Part shown: piece after piece, positions 38,331 through 46,175 of the stretch | Layout of the letters: each line of letters opens with the position of its first letter | How positions within the stretch are numbered: position 1 is the first letter of the stretch | From: Candidatus Calditenuis fumarioli | GTDB taxonomy: Archaea > Thermoproteota > Nitrososphaeria_A > Caldarchaeales > Calditenuaceae | Direction of reading: 5' to 3' | DNA: 64,000 nt | Assembly (NCBI GenBank): GCA_030059665.1 | Contig: JANVYR010000002.1 | Location: forward strand, 257,441 to 321,440 | Notes under the pieces: model-generated | Seen by the model: only the letters and a program-made list of their open reading frames with translations | Database searches by the model: none | Told to the model about the DNA's origin: nothing | Translations under genes and position numbers: made by a program

Positions 38331-39380
38331 TCACCTGACACCTTTCGCGACTGAGCTGACGGACTCCCTGATCTTAGGGATTATCCTCAGCTTCACCGGA
38401 TCCACCCCGAGGAGGTAGGAGGCGTAGAGGCTGACCAGATCGGCCCACATCACCGCGGAGAGCATCTCGAACACCGCGCCGCCTGAGAATGAGACCTCGA
38501 GACCGACGCTAATCGTTCCCTTCAGAGCGTCGAACTGCGCCGAGACGTCCCTGCTCTCGAGCCTGCTCCTCAGGAGAACTGCCGAGTGGTCCGGAAGGGA
38601 GTTGACCCCCTCGATGATGTTGTGCAGGTCTTCCGGGACCCTGAGGACGACCGATCCGCGCTTGGCGTTCTCGGCGAGCTGGTTCCTCAGCCTCAGCGCT
38701 GCGACTGCCATGTGGGACCATCCGACGGCCACCGGGAGGCGGTTGACCGCGAGCTCGGCGCACCTCATCGCGGAGTTCTCCTCGACCTTCGCCTCAGGGG
38801 AGACGACCGACCAGTAAGTGGGCAACCTGTCCGCTGCCTCCGAGACGGAACGGGGAGAGATGGCGGGGCTTCCGGAGACCCTGTGGTAGAGAGCTGCGAG
38901 GACGCCGAACATCTCCGGAACCGCCATGCGAGGCGTCAGTCCCTGCTCGACTTGGATCCAGGGTACGCCGAGCTCAGCGGACCTCCTCTGCAGAGCTCCG
39001 CCGCTGGAGATCGCGACAGCCCTCAGCGACCTCGAGGAGGCCTCCTCCAGCGCGAGCACGCACTCCGTCGTCTCACCCGAGTAGCTCACGATCACCAGCA
39101 GGTCCTGAGGGCCGACCCACCGGGGAAGCCTCGAACCGTCGCAGACGTGTACCGGAAACTCGGCCAGCATCTCCGCGAGGCACTCGAGCATCCTCCCTGC
39201 CATACCGGACCCTCCGAGGCCGTAAACCACCATGGACCTGAAACCATCTCCGGGGAGATCAGCCCTCGAACCGCTCACGAGGCCTGCCTTGTACATCAGG
39301 TGCTGGCGCTCGACCTGCTCGAGCATCGCCGCGTAACGCGGGTCCTTTCTGATCTGCGACGGATCAGGGCCTCCGCTCAT
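38331..39380 (-). CDS. pgi: Bifunctional phosphoglucose/phosphomannose isomerase (SIS domain, crenarchaeal PGI/PMI)
   Basis: VSYSGETTE SIS motif and two-SIS architecture of about 330 aa. Confidence 0.7.
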   Translation of the reverse strand: MSGGPDPSQIRKDPRYAAMLEQVERQHLMYKAGLVSGSRADLPGDGFRSMVVYGLGGSGMAGRMLECLAEMLAEFPVHVCDGSRLPRWVGPQDLLVIVSYSGETTECVLALEEASSRSLRAVAISSGGALQRRSAELGVPWIQVEQGLTPRMAVPEMFGVLAALYHRVSGSPAISPRSVSEAADRLPTYWSVVSPEAKVEENSAMRCAELAVNRLPVAVGWSHMAVAALRLRNQLAENAKRGSVVLRVPEDLHNIIEGVNSLPDHSAVLLRSRLESRDVSAQFDALKGTISVGLEVSFSGGAVFEMLSAVMWADLVSLYASYLLGVDPVKLRIIPKIRESVSSVAKGVR

Positions 39381-40239
39381 CGCCGAGAACCTCCTCCATG
39401 CTCATCCTCCTCAGCTCCACCGGTTGAAAAGCCCTCAGCCGCTCCTCGAGGGATCCGATGAGAGATTCGACCGCATCCTTGACCTTCTCCGGATCCTGGC
39501 CCTCGCCGTGAACGACGACCTCCACCACCGAGACGCCCTCCTCGAGGCCCTTCGGGTGGGACTTGACGTACAGCTCCGGCCTCTCCGATGCGAGCTCCCT
39601 GAGGACAGGGGCCATCGAGGACTCCGGGACTCCCCTCACCAGCAACCCGGCCGCGTAGCGGAAGACCCTCCTCGCCTCGGCCTTGATCAGCGGTACCACC
39701 TCGTTCAGGAAGATGTCCTTCAGCTCCCTCGGCACACCGGGAAGCGAAACGATCCTGGAGCCCTTGTACCTGAGGAGGGACCCGGGAGCGGAGCCGGCCC
39801 TGTTCCGGAGGGCCTTCGCACCCCGGGGGAGCATCGCCATCTTCAGCCTCGAGGGCGTCAGCTCGGCCTCCTTCACCACGCCCATCTCGTACAGCCTGGC
39901 GTACCTCTCCTTCAGCATCTCGAGGGCCTCCGGGTTAAGGACCGTTTTCCTGTTGGTGGCCAGAGCGACCGCCTCCAGGGTCATGTCGTCGTGCGTCGGC
40001 CCGAGGCCTCCGCTGGTTATGATCCACTCGGCCCTTCTCCTGATCGCGTCCCTCACGGCTCCAGCGATCTCCCTGAGGTCATCGCGCACCACCGTCACCC
40101 TCCTCAGCTCCAGTCCGAGGAAGTAGAGCTGCTTGGCGAGCCAGTTGCTGTTGGTGTCCAGAACCTCTCCGTTCAGCACCTCGTTCCCAACCACGATGAT
40201 CTCGGCCGTCGAGGGCCTGACCTTCCTCCTGGACGCCAT
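39364..40239 (-). CDS. CinA-like molybdopterin-binding (MoCF-biosynthesis domain) protein
   Basis: IIVVGNEVLNGEVLDTNSNWLAKQL...ITSGGLGPTHDD; this is the real 3' part of the giant antisense ORF 39364..42657. Confidence 0.6.
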   Translation of the reverse strand: MASRRKVRPSTAEIIVVGNEVLNGEVLDTNSNWLAKQLYFLGLELRRVTVVRDDLREIAGAVRDAIRRRAEWIITSGGLGPTHDDMTLEAVALATNRKTVLNPEALEMLKERYARLYEMGVVKEAELTPSRLKMAMLPRGAKALRNRAGSAPGSLLRYKGSRIVSLPGVPRELKDIFLNEVVPLIKAEARRVFRYAAGLLVRGVPESSMAPVLRELASERPELYVKSHPKGLEEGVSVVEVVVHGEGQDPEKVKDAVESLIGSLEERLRAFQPVELRRMSMEEVLGDERRP

Positions 40240-40341
40240 GCCGGAACCTCTTGGATCTGCGACCTGAAAAGATTGGAGCGGCCCCGCATTCGTCGGAGTT
40301 GATGATACAAATATTGCCTCCGCGGTGGGGATGCGGCGCTC

Positions 40342-42390
40342 ATGGGCGTAGTCGGCCTTCTCAGGGCGAGGGTGGTGGTTCCGAGGAGCAGGGTCGGTGA
40401 GGTGCTGAACGACCTTTACCGCTTCGGCGAGTTCCACGTGACGGAGCAGGACGGAGAGCGCCTGAGGGACGTCGAGGAGCTCTACGCCAGGGCCAGGTCC
40501 CTCTACCTCGAGCTGGAGGCCACCGTCAGGGAGCTCGACGTGACCGTGGAGAGGGGGCCGCTGCAGGTGCTTCTCAGCGGCGACCTGCCCGACCCCGAGG
40601 AGGTGAAGGTCTCGAACGTGGCCGAGGCGCTGGACCTGATCGAGCGGGAGGCGAGGCCGGTTCTCGAGGAGCTGAGGGCCCTGAGGCAGGAGCTCTCGTC
40701 CGTCTCCGAGAGGCTGAAGTCGCTCGAGTCGAGGGCCGAGGTCCTGGAGGCCCTGAGGGGGCTGGGAAGCGTTGGCGCGGAGCTCCGGCAGCTGAGGCGC
40801 TTCCACGTCTCGCTCTTCACGCTCCCCGCTTCGGCCGTCGAGGAGGCCAGAAGGGCCCTCCAGGACTTCGTGGTAGTCCACGAGCGGATAGGGGAGGGGA
40901 GGGCGCTGCTGGCGGTCGTCTGCAGGCCGAGGGACTCGGACCGCGTGATGAGGATCGCGAGGGGGCTCAACCTGACGCCGGTGCAGCTGGATCAGGTGCC
41001 TCAGGACGTCGAGGCGGCCCTTGCCTCCGTGAGGGAGGAGCTCGGCGAGCTGAGGAGGAGGGAGGGTGAGCTGAGGGCGAGGCTCGCGGCGATCAGGGAG
41101 GAGAAGGGCCCGAGGCTCGCGGCCCTGAGGGACCTGGCATCGGAGCTGAGGGAGAGCCTGGACAGGTTCAGGGAAGCGGGCATCAGGAGGGCCGCGGTGA
41201 TCGAGGGTTACCTGCCGGAGGAGATGAAGGACGAGTTCCTCTCGGCGATCGGGAGGAGGGCGTACGTCGAGCTCGAGGAGGTGGAGCACCACACCGGTCA
41301 CGGCGGTGAGGGGCATCAGGAGGAGGCGCCGCCGACGCTGCTGAGGCACAACAGCTTCTCCGAGGCCTTCAGGCCCATCACATCGATGCAGGGCATTCCG
41401 GGCTACGGCGAGATAGACCCGACACCGTACGTCTCCGTCTTCCTCATGGTCTTCTACGGGATAATGTTCGCGGACCTGGGGCAGGGCCTGGTGATAGCCG
41501 CCGTGGGGTTCCTGCTGATGCGGAGGGCAAGGGGCTACCTGAGGGTCTGGGGGAAGCTGCTGTTGCTGCTGGGGATCTCGGCCGCCACCGTCGGGTTCGC
41601 GATACAGGAGGCCTTCGGCTTCGGGATATACAACCTGACGGGCCTGAAACCGGTCATAGAGCTGGTGGAGCACCACGGTGAGGCGAAGGTGCTGAGCCAG
41701 AGTGCGGTGCTGACGCTCTTCAGCTTCGCCCCCCTCCTCGGGTTCGTGCACATCACGCTCGGCATGCTGCTCGGAGCCGTGAAGTACGCCAAGGCCGGAG
41801 AGCTGGGAGAGGCCATCTTCTCCAAGGGAGTCTCGATCGCGATGTACGTGTTCGGCCTGCTGTTCGCCATCGCGTTCATCGGCGCCGGAGGCTTCGACAG
41901 GATGTTCGTCTCGCAGGACCCCGCGCCTCTGATAGGCGTGCCCATAGCGCAGCTCGGAACCATCTCGGTATACGGCGTCCTGGCGTCGCTGGTGCTGCTG
42001 GTGCTCGGGAGACCGATTTCGGGAGCGCTGGGAATAGGTCACAGGACCTCGATCGTCGCGGGGATCGGTGCGGGGCTCCTCGAGGTTCTTGAGAACATAA
42101 TCCACTTCATGTCCAACACGCTCAGCTACCTCCGCGTCCCGATACTGATGGTGATCCACGTGGCCCTGATGATGCTGGTCAACGCCGCCTGGGAGGGCCT
42201 CAGCTGGGCCTCCCTTCCAATACTGTTCATAGGTAACGTGGGGATAATGGCGCTCGAGGGGACGCTCGCCTTCATCCAGGCGCTCAGGCTCCACCTCTAC
42301 GAGTTCTTCAGCAAGTTCTACGAGGGGACCGGTTCGCCCTTCAGGCCCCTGAGGCTCGAGTCGAGGCTGCTCCGTCTGGTCTTCCGGTGA
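40342..42390 (+). CDS. atpI: A/V-type ATP synthase subunit I
   Basis: N-terminal coiled-coil, 7-8 C-terminal TM helices, LSYLRVPILMVIH proton-channel motif. Confidence 0.85.
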   Translation: MGVVGLLRARVVVPRSRVGEVLNDLYRFGEFHVTEQDGERLRDVEELYARARSLYLELEATVRELDVTVERGPLQVLLSGDLPDPEEVKVSNVAEALDLIEREARPVLEELRALRQELSSVSERLKSLESRAEVLEALRGLGSVGAELRQLRRFHVSLFTLPASAVEEARRALQDFVVVHERIGEGRALLAVVCRPRDSDRVMRIARGLNLTPVQLDQVPQDVEAALASVREELGELRRREGELRARLAAIREEKGPRLAALRDLASELRESLDRFREAGIRRAAVIEGYLPEEMKDEFLSAIGRRAYVELEEVEHHTGHGGEGHQEEAPPTLLRHNSFSEAFRPITSMQGIPGYGEIDPTPYVSVFLMVFYGIMFADLGQGLVIAAVGFLLMRRARGYLRVWGKLLLLLGISAATVGFAIQEAFGFGIYNLTGLKPVIELVEHHGEAKVLSQSAVLTLFSFAPLLGFVHITLGMLLGAVKYAKAGELGEAIFSKGVSIAMYVFGLLFAIAFIGAGGFDRMFVSQDPAPLIGVPIAQLGTISVYGVLASLVLLVLGRPISGALGIGHRTSIVAGIGAGLLEVLENIIHFMSNTLSYLRVPILMVIHVALMMLVNAAWEGLSWASLPILFIGNVGIMALEGTLAFIQALRLHLYEFFSKFYEGTGSPFRPLRLESRLLRLVFR

Positions 42391-42433
42391 TGGGAGCATC
42401 ACCCTTTTCAGATGAGAGGACACCGGCCACTCG

Positions 42434-43630
42434 GTGAGCGAGGTCCCCGCGATTAGGGGTGGAAGGCCCGTCAGGACCAGACCTTTCCCCAGCTGGCCCC
42501 AGTGGGGCGAGGAGGAGGAGAGGAACCTGCTCGAGGTGCTGAGGTCGGGCGTCTGGGGGATAGGAGGGAGGAGGGCCTTCGAGTTCGCGGCGGAGTTCGC
42601 CAAATACTCGGGGTGCAGATACGGCGTTCCGTGCGCCAACGGCACGGTGGCCCTCAAGGTGGCCCTCAGGGCGGTCGGTGTGGGCGAGGGGGACCTCGTG
42701 GTGACGTCTCCCTACACCTTCATCGCCACCGCGTCAGTCCTCCTGGAGCTCGGAGCCGTCCCCGTGTTCGCCGACCTGATGGAGGGCGGTCTCCACATGG
42801 ACGTGACGACCGTCCGGGACGGACTTGAGGTGAAGGCGCTTCTACCCGTTCACATAGCAGGCATGCCGAACCCGATGGACGCTATCTGGGAGGTCTCGAG
42901 GGAGCGCGGGATACCTGTGGTGGAGGACGCGGCACAGGCCCACGGCTCCGAGTGGAGGGGGCGGAGGGCCGGATCGCTCGGGAACGCGGGCTGCTTCAGC
43001 TTCCAGTCGAGCAAGGTGATGACGAGCGGTGAGGGAGGGTGCATCACGACCGACTCGGAGGAGCTCGCGGACCTCTGCTGGTCCCTCATCAACTGCGGCA
43101 GGACGAGGACCGCCGACTGGTACGAGCACGAGCTGATAGGGTACAACTACAGGATGACCGAGTTCCAGGCTGCGGTGCTGCAGGCGCAGCTAACCCGACT
43201 CGACGCGCAGATCGAGAGGAGGCAGAGGAACTATGGGATCCTCCTCGAGGAGTCCTCGTCCCTCAGGGCGCTGGAGGTGCTCCGGCCGCCGGAGGGCACG
43301 ACCCGGTTCAACGGGTACCTGGTGCCAGTCAGGATCGACAGGTCCAGGGCCGGTGACGTGGACAAGAGGAGGGTCGTGGAGGCGCTGAGGGCTGAGGGGA
43401 TCCCGGCGAGCCCCGGCTACACGGTCCCGCTCAACAGGCATCCCGGCATCGCGAGGTACTTCCTCTCCAAGCTTCCCGACCGGTCCCTGCTGGGCCCGCT
43501 GCCGAACGCCGAGGCCGCGGTGAGGGACGTCTTCTGGCTGCCCCATGTAGTGCTGCTCGGAGATCAGGAGGACGTTCTGGACGTCGTTAAGGCGCTGGTG
43601 AAGGTCGATGCAGAAATAGAGAATCTATAG
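42434..43630 (+). CDS. DegT/DnrJ/EryC1/StrS-family PLP-dependent sugar aminotransferase
   Basis: CANGTVALKVAL and SFQSSKVMTSGEGG (Lys-PLP) motifs. Confidence 0.85.
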   Translation: MSEVPAIRGGRPVRTRPFPSWPQWGEEEERNLLEVLRSGVWGIGGRRAFEFAAEFAKYSGCRYGVPCANGTVALKVALRAVGVGEGDLVVTSPYTFIATASVLLELGAVPVFADLMEGGLHMDVTTVRDGLEVKALLPVHIAGMPNPMDAIWEVSRERGIPVVEDAAQAHGSEWRGRRAGSLGNAGCFSFQSSKVMTSGEGGCITTDSEELADLCWSLINCGRTRTADWYEHELIGYNYRMTEFQAAVLQAQLTRLDAQIERRQRNYGILLEESSSLRALEVLRPPEGTTRFNGYLVPVRIDRSRAGDVDKRRVVEALRAEGIPASPGYTVPLNRHPGIARYFLSKLPDRSLLGPLPNAEAAVRDVFWLPHVVLLGDQEDVLDVVKALVKVDAEIENL

Positions 43631-43861
43631 ATGCCATCTAAGACCGGAGGAAATAGACGGCGGTTCTGGCCAAAAGGGTCATTGTAGCTCAAAGTTTAAT
43701 AATAAGCGACGTGAACCTGCGCCAGGTGTTGGGAAAGGTTAAAATTTTAAAGATTTTATGTGAATCCCCGTGAGGTATAGACAGTCTAGAGATCATGGAG
43801 GTTACGTGTCGTGGACGACGATGGGACCCGGAGTGCGCGGTTCCGTTGGAGGTGGTAACGG

Positions 43862-44455
43862 GTGATGGTGGAGAGCTCTGAGCAGAGGAACGAGGGCAGG
43901 ATCGACCGGCTCCTGAAGGAGATCAGCGAGCTGAAGGGGCCGATCGAGAGGACGCTGATGGACGTCAGGGAGATACTCGCGGCCGTGGACTCTCCCCTCA
44001 GGGCCGTGCCGACGGTACAGCCGCAGCAGAGGTCCGAGCGGACGGGAAAGGAAGCTCCAGCCAAGCCCCAGGAGGCGACGAGGGACCAGAACAACCGCGC
44101 ACCGGCAGCCGAGGCGTCGGTACCTGCGTCCACGGGGTTCGACGTGCTGACCTTCAACGCGTTCGCGATGACCGAGCTTCTGGTCAAGTTGCTGGGTAAG
44201 TGGCACCTCGAGCGGCTGATCATGTCGCTGGGGAGGGACGAGGCCGTCAAGGAGTCGCTGAGGAAGGCCCTCGAGTCGATAACCGCGACCGAGCCGATAC
44301 CGGATCACCCTCCCCTGGGCGTGGCGCCGAGGGACGCGGTTCAGGCAGGGGTCGTCCTGCTCAGCCTCCTCTTCGAGAACCCGAGGAACCCAGCGATAGG
44401 GATACTGGCGCAGTCGCTCGACAAGCTGCTCTCCCCTTACCTGGTCAAGAGGTGA
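43862..44455 (+). CDS. Hypothetical coiled-coil protein, first gene of archaellum cluster
   Basis: Preceded by AT-rich promoter-like region (aaagtttaataataag, aaaattttaaag); N-terminal coiled coil; no TM. Confidence 0.35.
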   Translation: MMVESSEQRNEGRIDRLLKEISELKGPIERTLMDVREILAAVDSPLRAVPTVQPQQRSERTGKEAPAKPQEATRDQNNRAPAAEASVPASTGFDVLTFNAFAMTELLVKLLGKWHLERLIMSLGRDEAVKESLRKALESITATEPIPDHPPLGVAPRDAVQAGVVLLSLLFENPRNPAIGILAQSLDKLLSPYLVKR

Positions 44456-44460
44456 GGGCC

Positions 44461-44937
44461 GTGGGGTCGTCGATCATCTCGGAGGGGCTCGTCCTGATCG
44501 CTGCGGTGATCGCGGCGACCTCGATGGCGATGGCCGTGATCAGCAACCTGAACCAGCTCCAGGAGCTCCAGACCTCGGTGGTGCGCGACCTGAGGGACAG
44601 GGCAATGACCAACCTCGCGGTCGTTGCGGTCCTCTACGAACCCTCTGGCCCGGAGCTCAGGGTCTACCTGAAGAACGTCGGCACCAGGGCGCTCACGCCA
44701 TCAGACATACAGGGGATGACCGTGATGCTCGTCTCCAGCAGCTGGTCAGGAGCCCTGAGGTACTCGGCCGACGGATCGCCGGGGACGTGGAGCGTCAGCG
44801 GTTCGCTGAAGACGGTCCTCAGGGGAGACACCTTCCTCATCAGGCTTCACCTTCCGACATCGCTCGGCAGGGGGGAGCACGTGCTGAGGCTGGTCCTCCC
44901 CAACGGCTCGGTCTTCGAGGACGTGTTCTCCCTGTGA
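44461..44937 (+). CDS. flaG: Archaellum protein FlaG-like
   Basis: N-terminal hydrophobic helix followed by beta-rich domain; position before FlaF/FlaH. Confidence 0.45.
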   Translation: MGSSIISEGLVLIAAVIAATSMAMAVISNLNQLQELQTSVVRDLRDRAMTNLAVVAVLYEPSGPELRVYLKNVGTRALTPSDIQGMTVMLVSSSWSGALRYSADGSPGTWSVSGSLKTVLRGDTFLIRLHLPTSLGRGEHVLRLVLPNGSVFEDVFSL

Positions 44938-44946
44938 GGTGGGAGG

Positions 44947-45456
44947 TTGGGAGGGCTGGGTGCGATCTACGCGGCCTCGCTCGTCCTGACGGTCCTGATG
45001 ATAGTATCCTTCGGCGTCGTCCACTCGCTCGTCACGTCGTACGGCTCGCTGCTGCACGAGGTAAGGCGGGTTGGGGATCCTCGGGTGAGGCTCGAGGGCA
45101 CGGGCCTCCGGTTCAACGGGACCCACGTCCTCGCGGACTTCCGGAACGCCGGGACCGGCAGGATCAGGGCGAGCGAGTTCCTCCTGTCGGACGTTGTGCT
45201 GCGCTACAGGACGGATAGCGGTGGGGTCGCGACGCTGGTCCTCTCCTGCTGCGACGGCTGGTCGCTTGCCAACGTCTCCCTCAACGGAGGCCCGGAGCTG
45301 CTCAACCCCGTCGACGTGAGAACCGGGAAGGGGGTGATCGACCCCACCGAGACGGTCACCATCGCAATTCCCGTGCCGGCGGACCTGGACCCCACGGGGC
45401 CGTTGATGGTGGAGGTGGTAACGCCCGAGGGGGCGAGGGGGGTGGTTTCCGGATGA
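44947..45456 (+). CDS. flaF: Archaellum protein FlaF-like
   Basis: N-terminal TM then beta-sandwich-like domain; position immediately upstream of flaH. Confidence 0.45.
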   Translation: MGGLGAIYAASLVLTVLMIVSFGVVHSLVTSYGSLLHEVRRVGDPRVRLEGTGLRFNGTHVLADFRNAGTGRIRASEFLLSDVVLRYRTDSGGVATLVLSCCDGWSLANVSLNGGPELLNPVDVRTGKGVIDPTETVTIAIPVPADLDPTGPLMVEVVTPEGARGVVSG

Positions 45457-46175
45457 ATGGGGAGTCGGGGGCGAAGGTCCTGCTCAGGACCTACAACGAG
45501 GAGCTGGACAGGAAGCTCGGCGGCATACCGCTGCCCTCTGTGACGCTGATAGAGGGGCCGAACGACTCCGGCAAGAGCGTCCTCCTCTACCACTTCGTCC
45601 ACGGATGCATCAAGGCCGGCCTCAGGACGTGCCTCCTCTCCAGCGAGGGAGGTGGGAAGGTGATCGTCGAGTCGGTGGAGAACCTGGGTCTGGACCTGAA
45701 GAGGGCCTTCCTGATGGGCGATCTGGTGGTGGTGCAGCTGAGGGTCGAGCCCAGCGAGCAGACCGCTGAGGAGAGGAGGTCGATGCTCCACGCGCTCCTC
45801 GCGTACTTCGAGCGGAAACGTGAGAGGTTCGGGGTCTTCGCGGTGGACTCGCTGACGGCGCTGACCATAGGCCTGGACGAGGGAGACCTGCTCGGCTTCT
45901 TCTCGCGGCTGAGGGAGATGAGGGAGAAGGACGGGCTGAGCTTCTTCGTCACGGTCCACACCTACTCGTTCCCTCAGGACCTCCTGGTCAGGATCAGGGC
46001 GATGGCCGACACGCACCTCTCGCTGAGCATAAGGGAGGTCTCGGGGCAGCTGCTGAAGACGCTGCAGGTCCTGAAGATCAGGGGAGCGTCGAAGTCGACC
46101 GGCGACGTGATCACCTTCGAGGTCGAGCCGGGCTTCGGGATCAAGGTGCTTCCGTACACGCAGGTGAAGGTCTGA
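45453..46175 (+). CDS. flaH: Archaellum ATP-binding protein FlaH (RecA/KaiC-like)
   Basis: Walker A GPNDSGKS, 240 aa. Confidence 0.8.
   Translation: MNGESGAKVLLRTYNEELDRKLGGIPLPSVTLIEGPNDSGKSVLLYHFVHGCIKAGLRTCLLSSEGGGKVIVESVENLGLDLKRAFLMGDLVVVQLRVEPSEQTAEERRSMLHALLAYFERKRERFGVFAVDSLTALTIGLDEGDLLGFFSRLREMREKDGLSFFVTVHTYSFPQDLLVRIRAMADTHLSLSIREVSGQLLKTLQVLKIRGASKSTGDVITFEVEPGFGIKVLPYTQVKV

Noticed and set aside
39364-42657. 1097-aa minus-strand ORF
   Set aside because: Mostly antisense to atpI, which has clear TM/proton-channel motifs. Only the 3' 876 nt (CinA-like gene) are kept.
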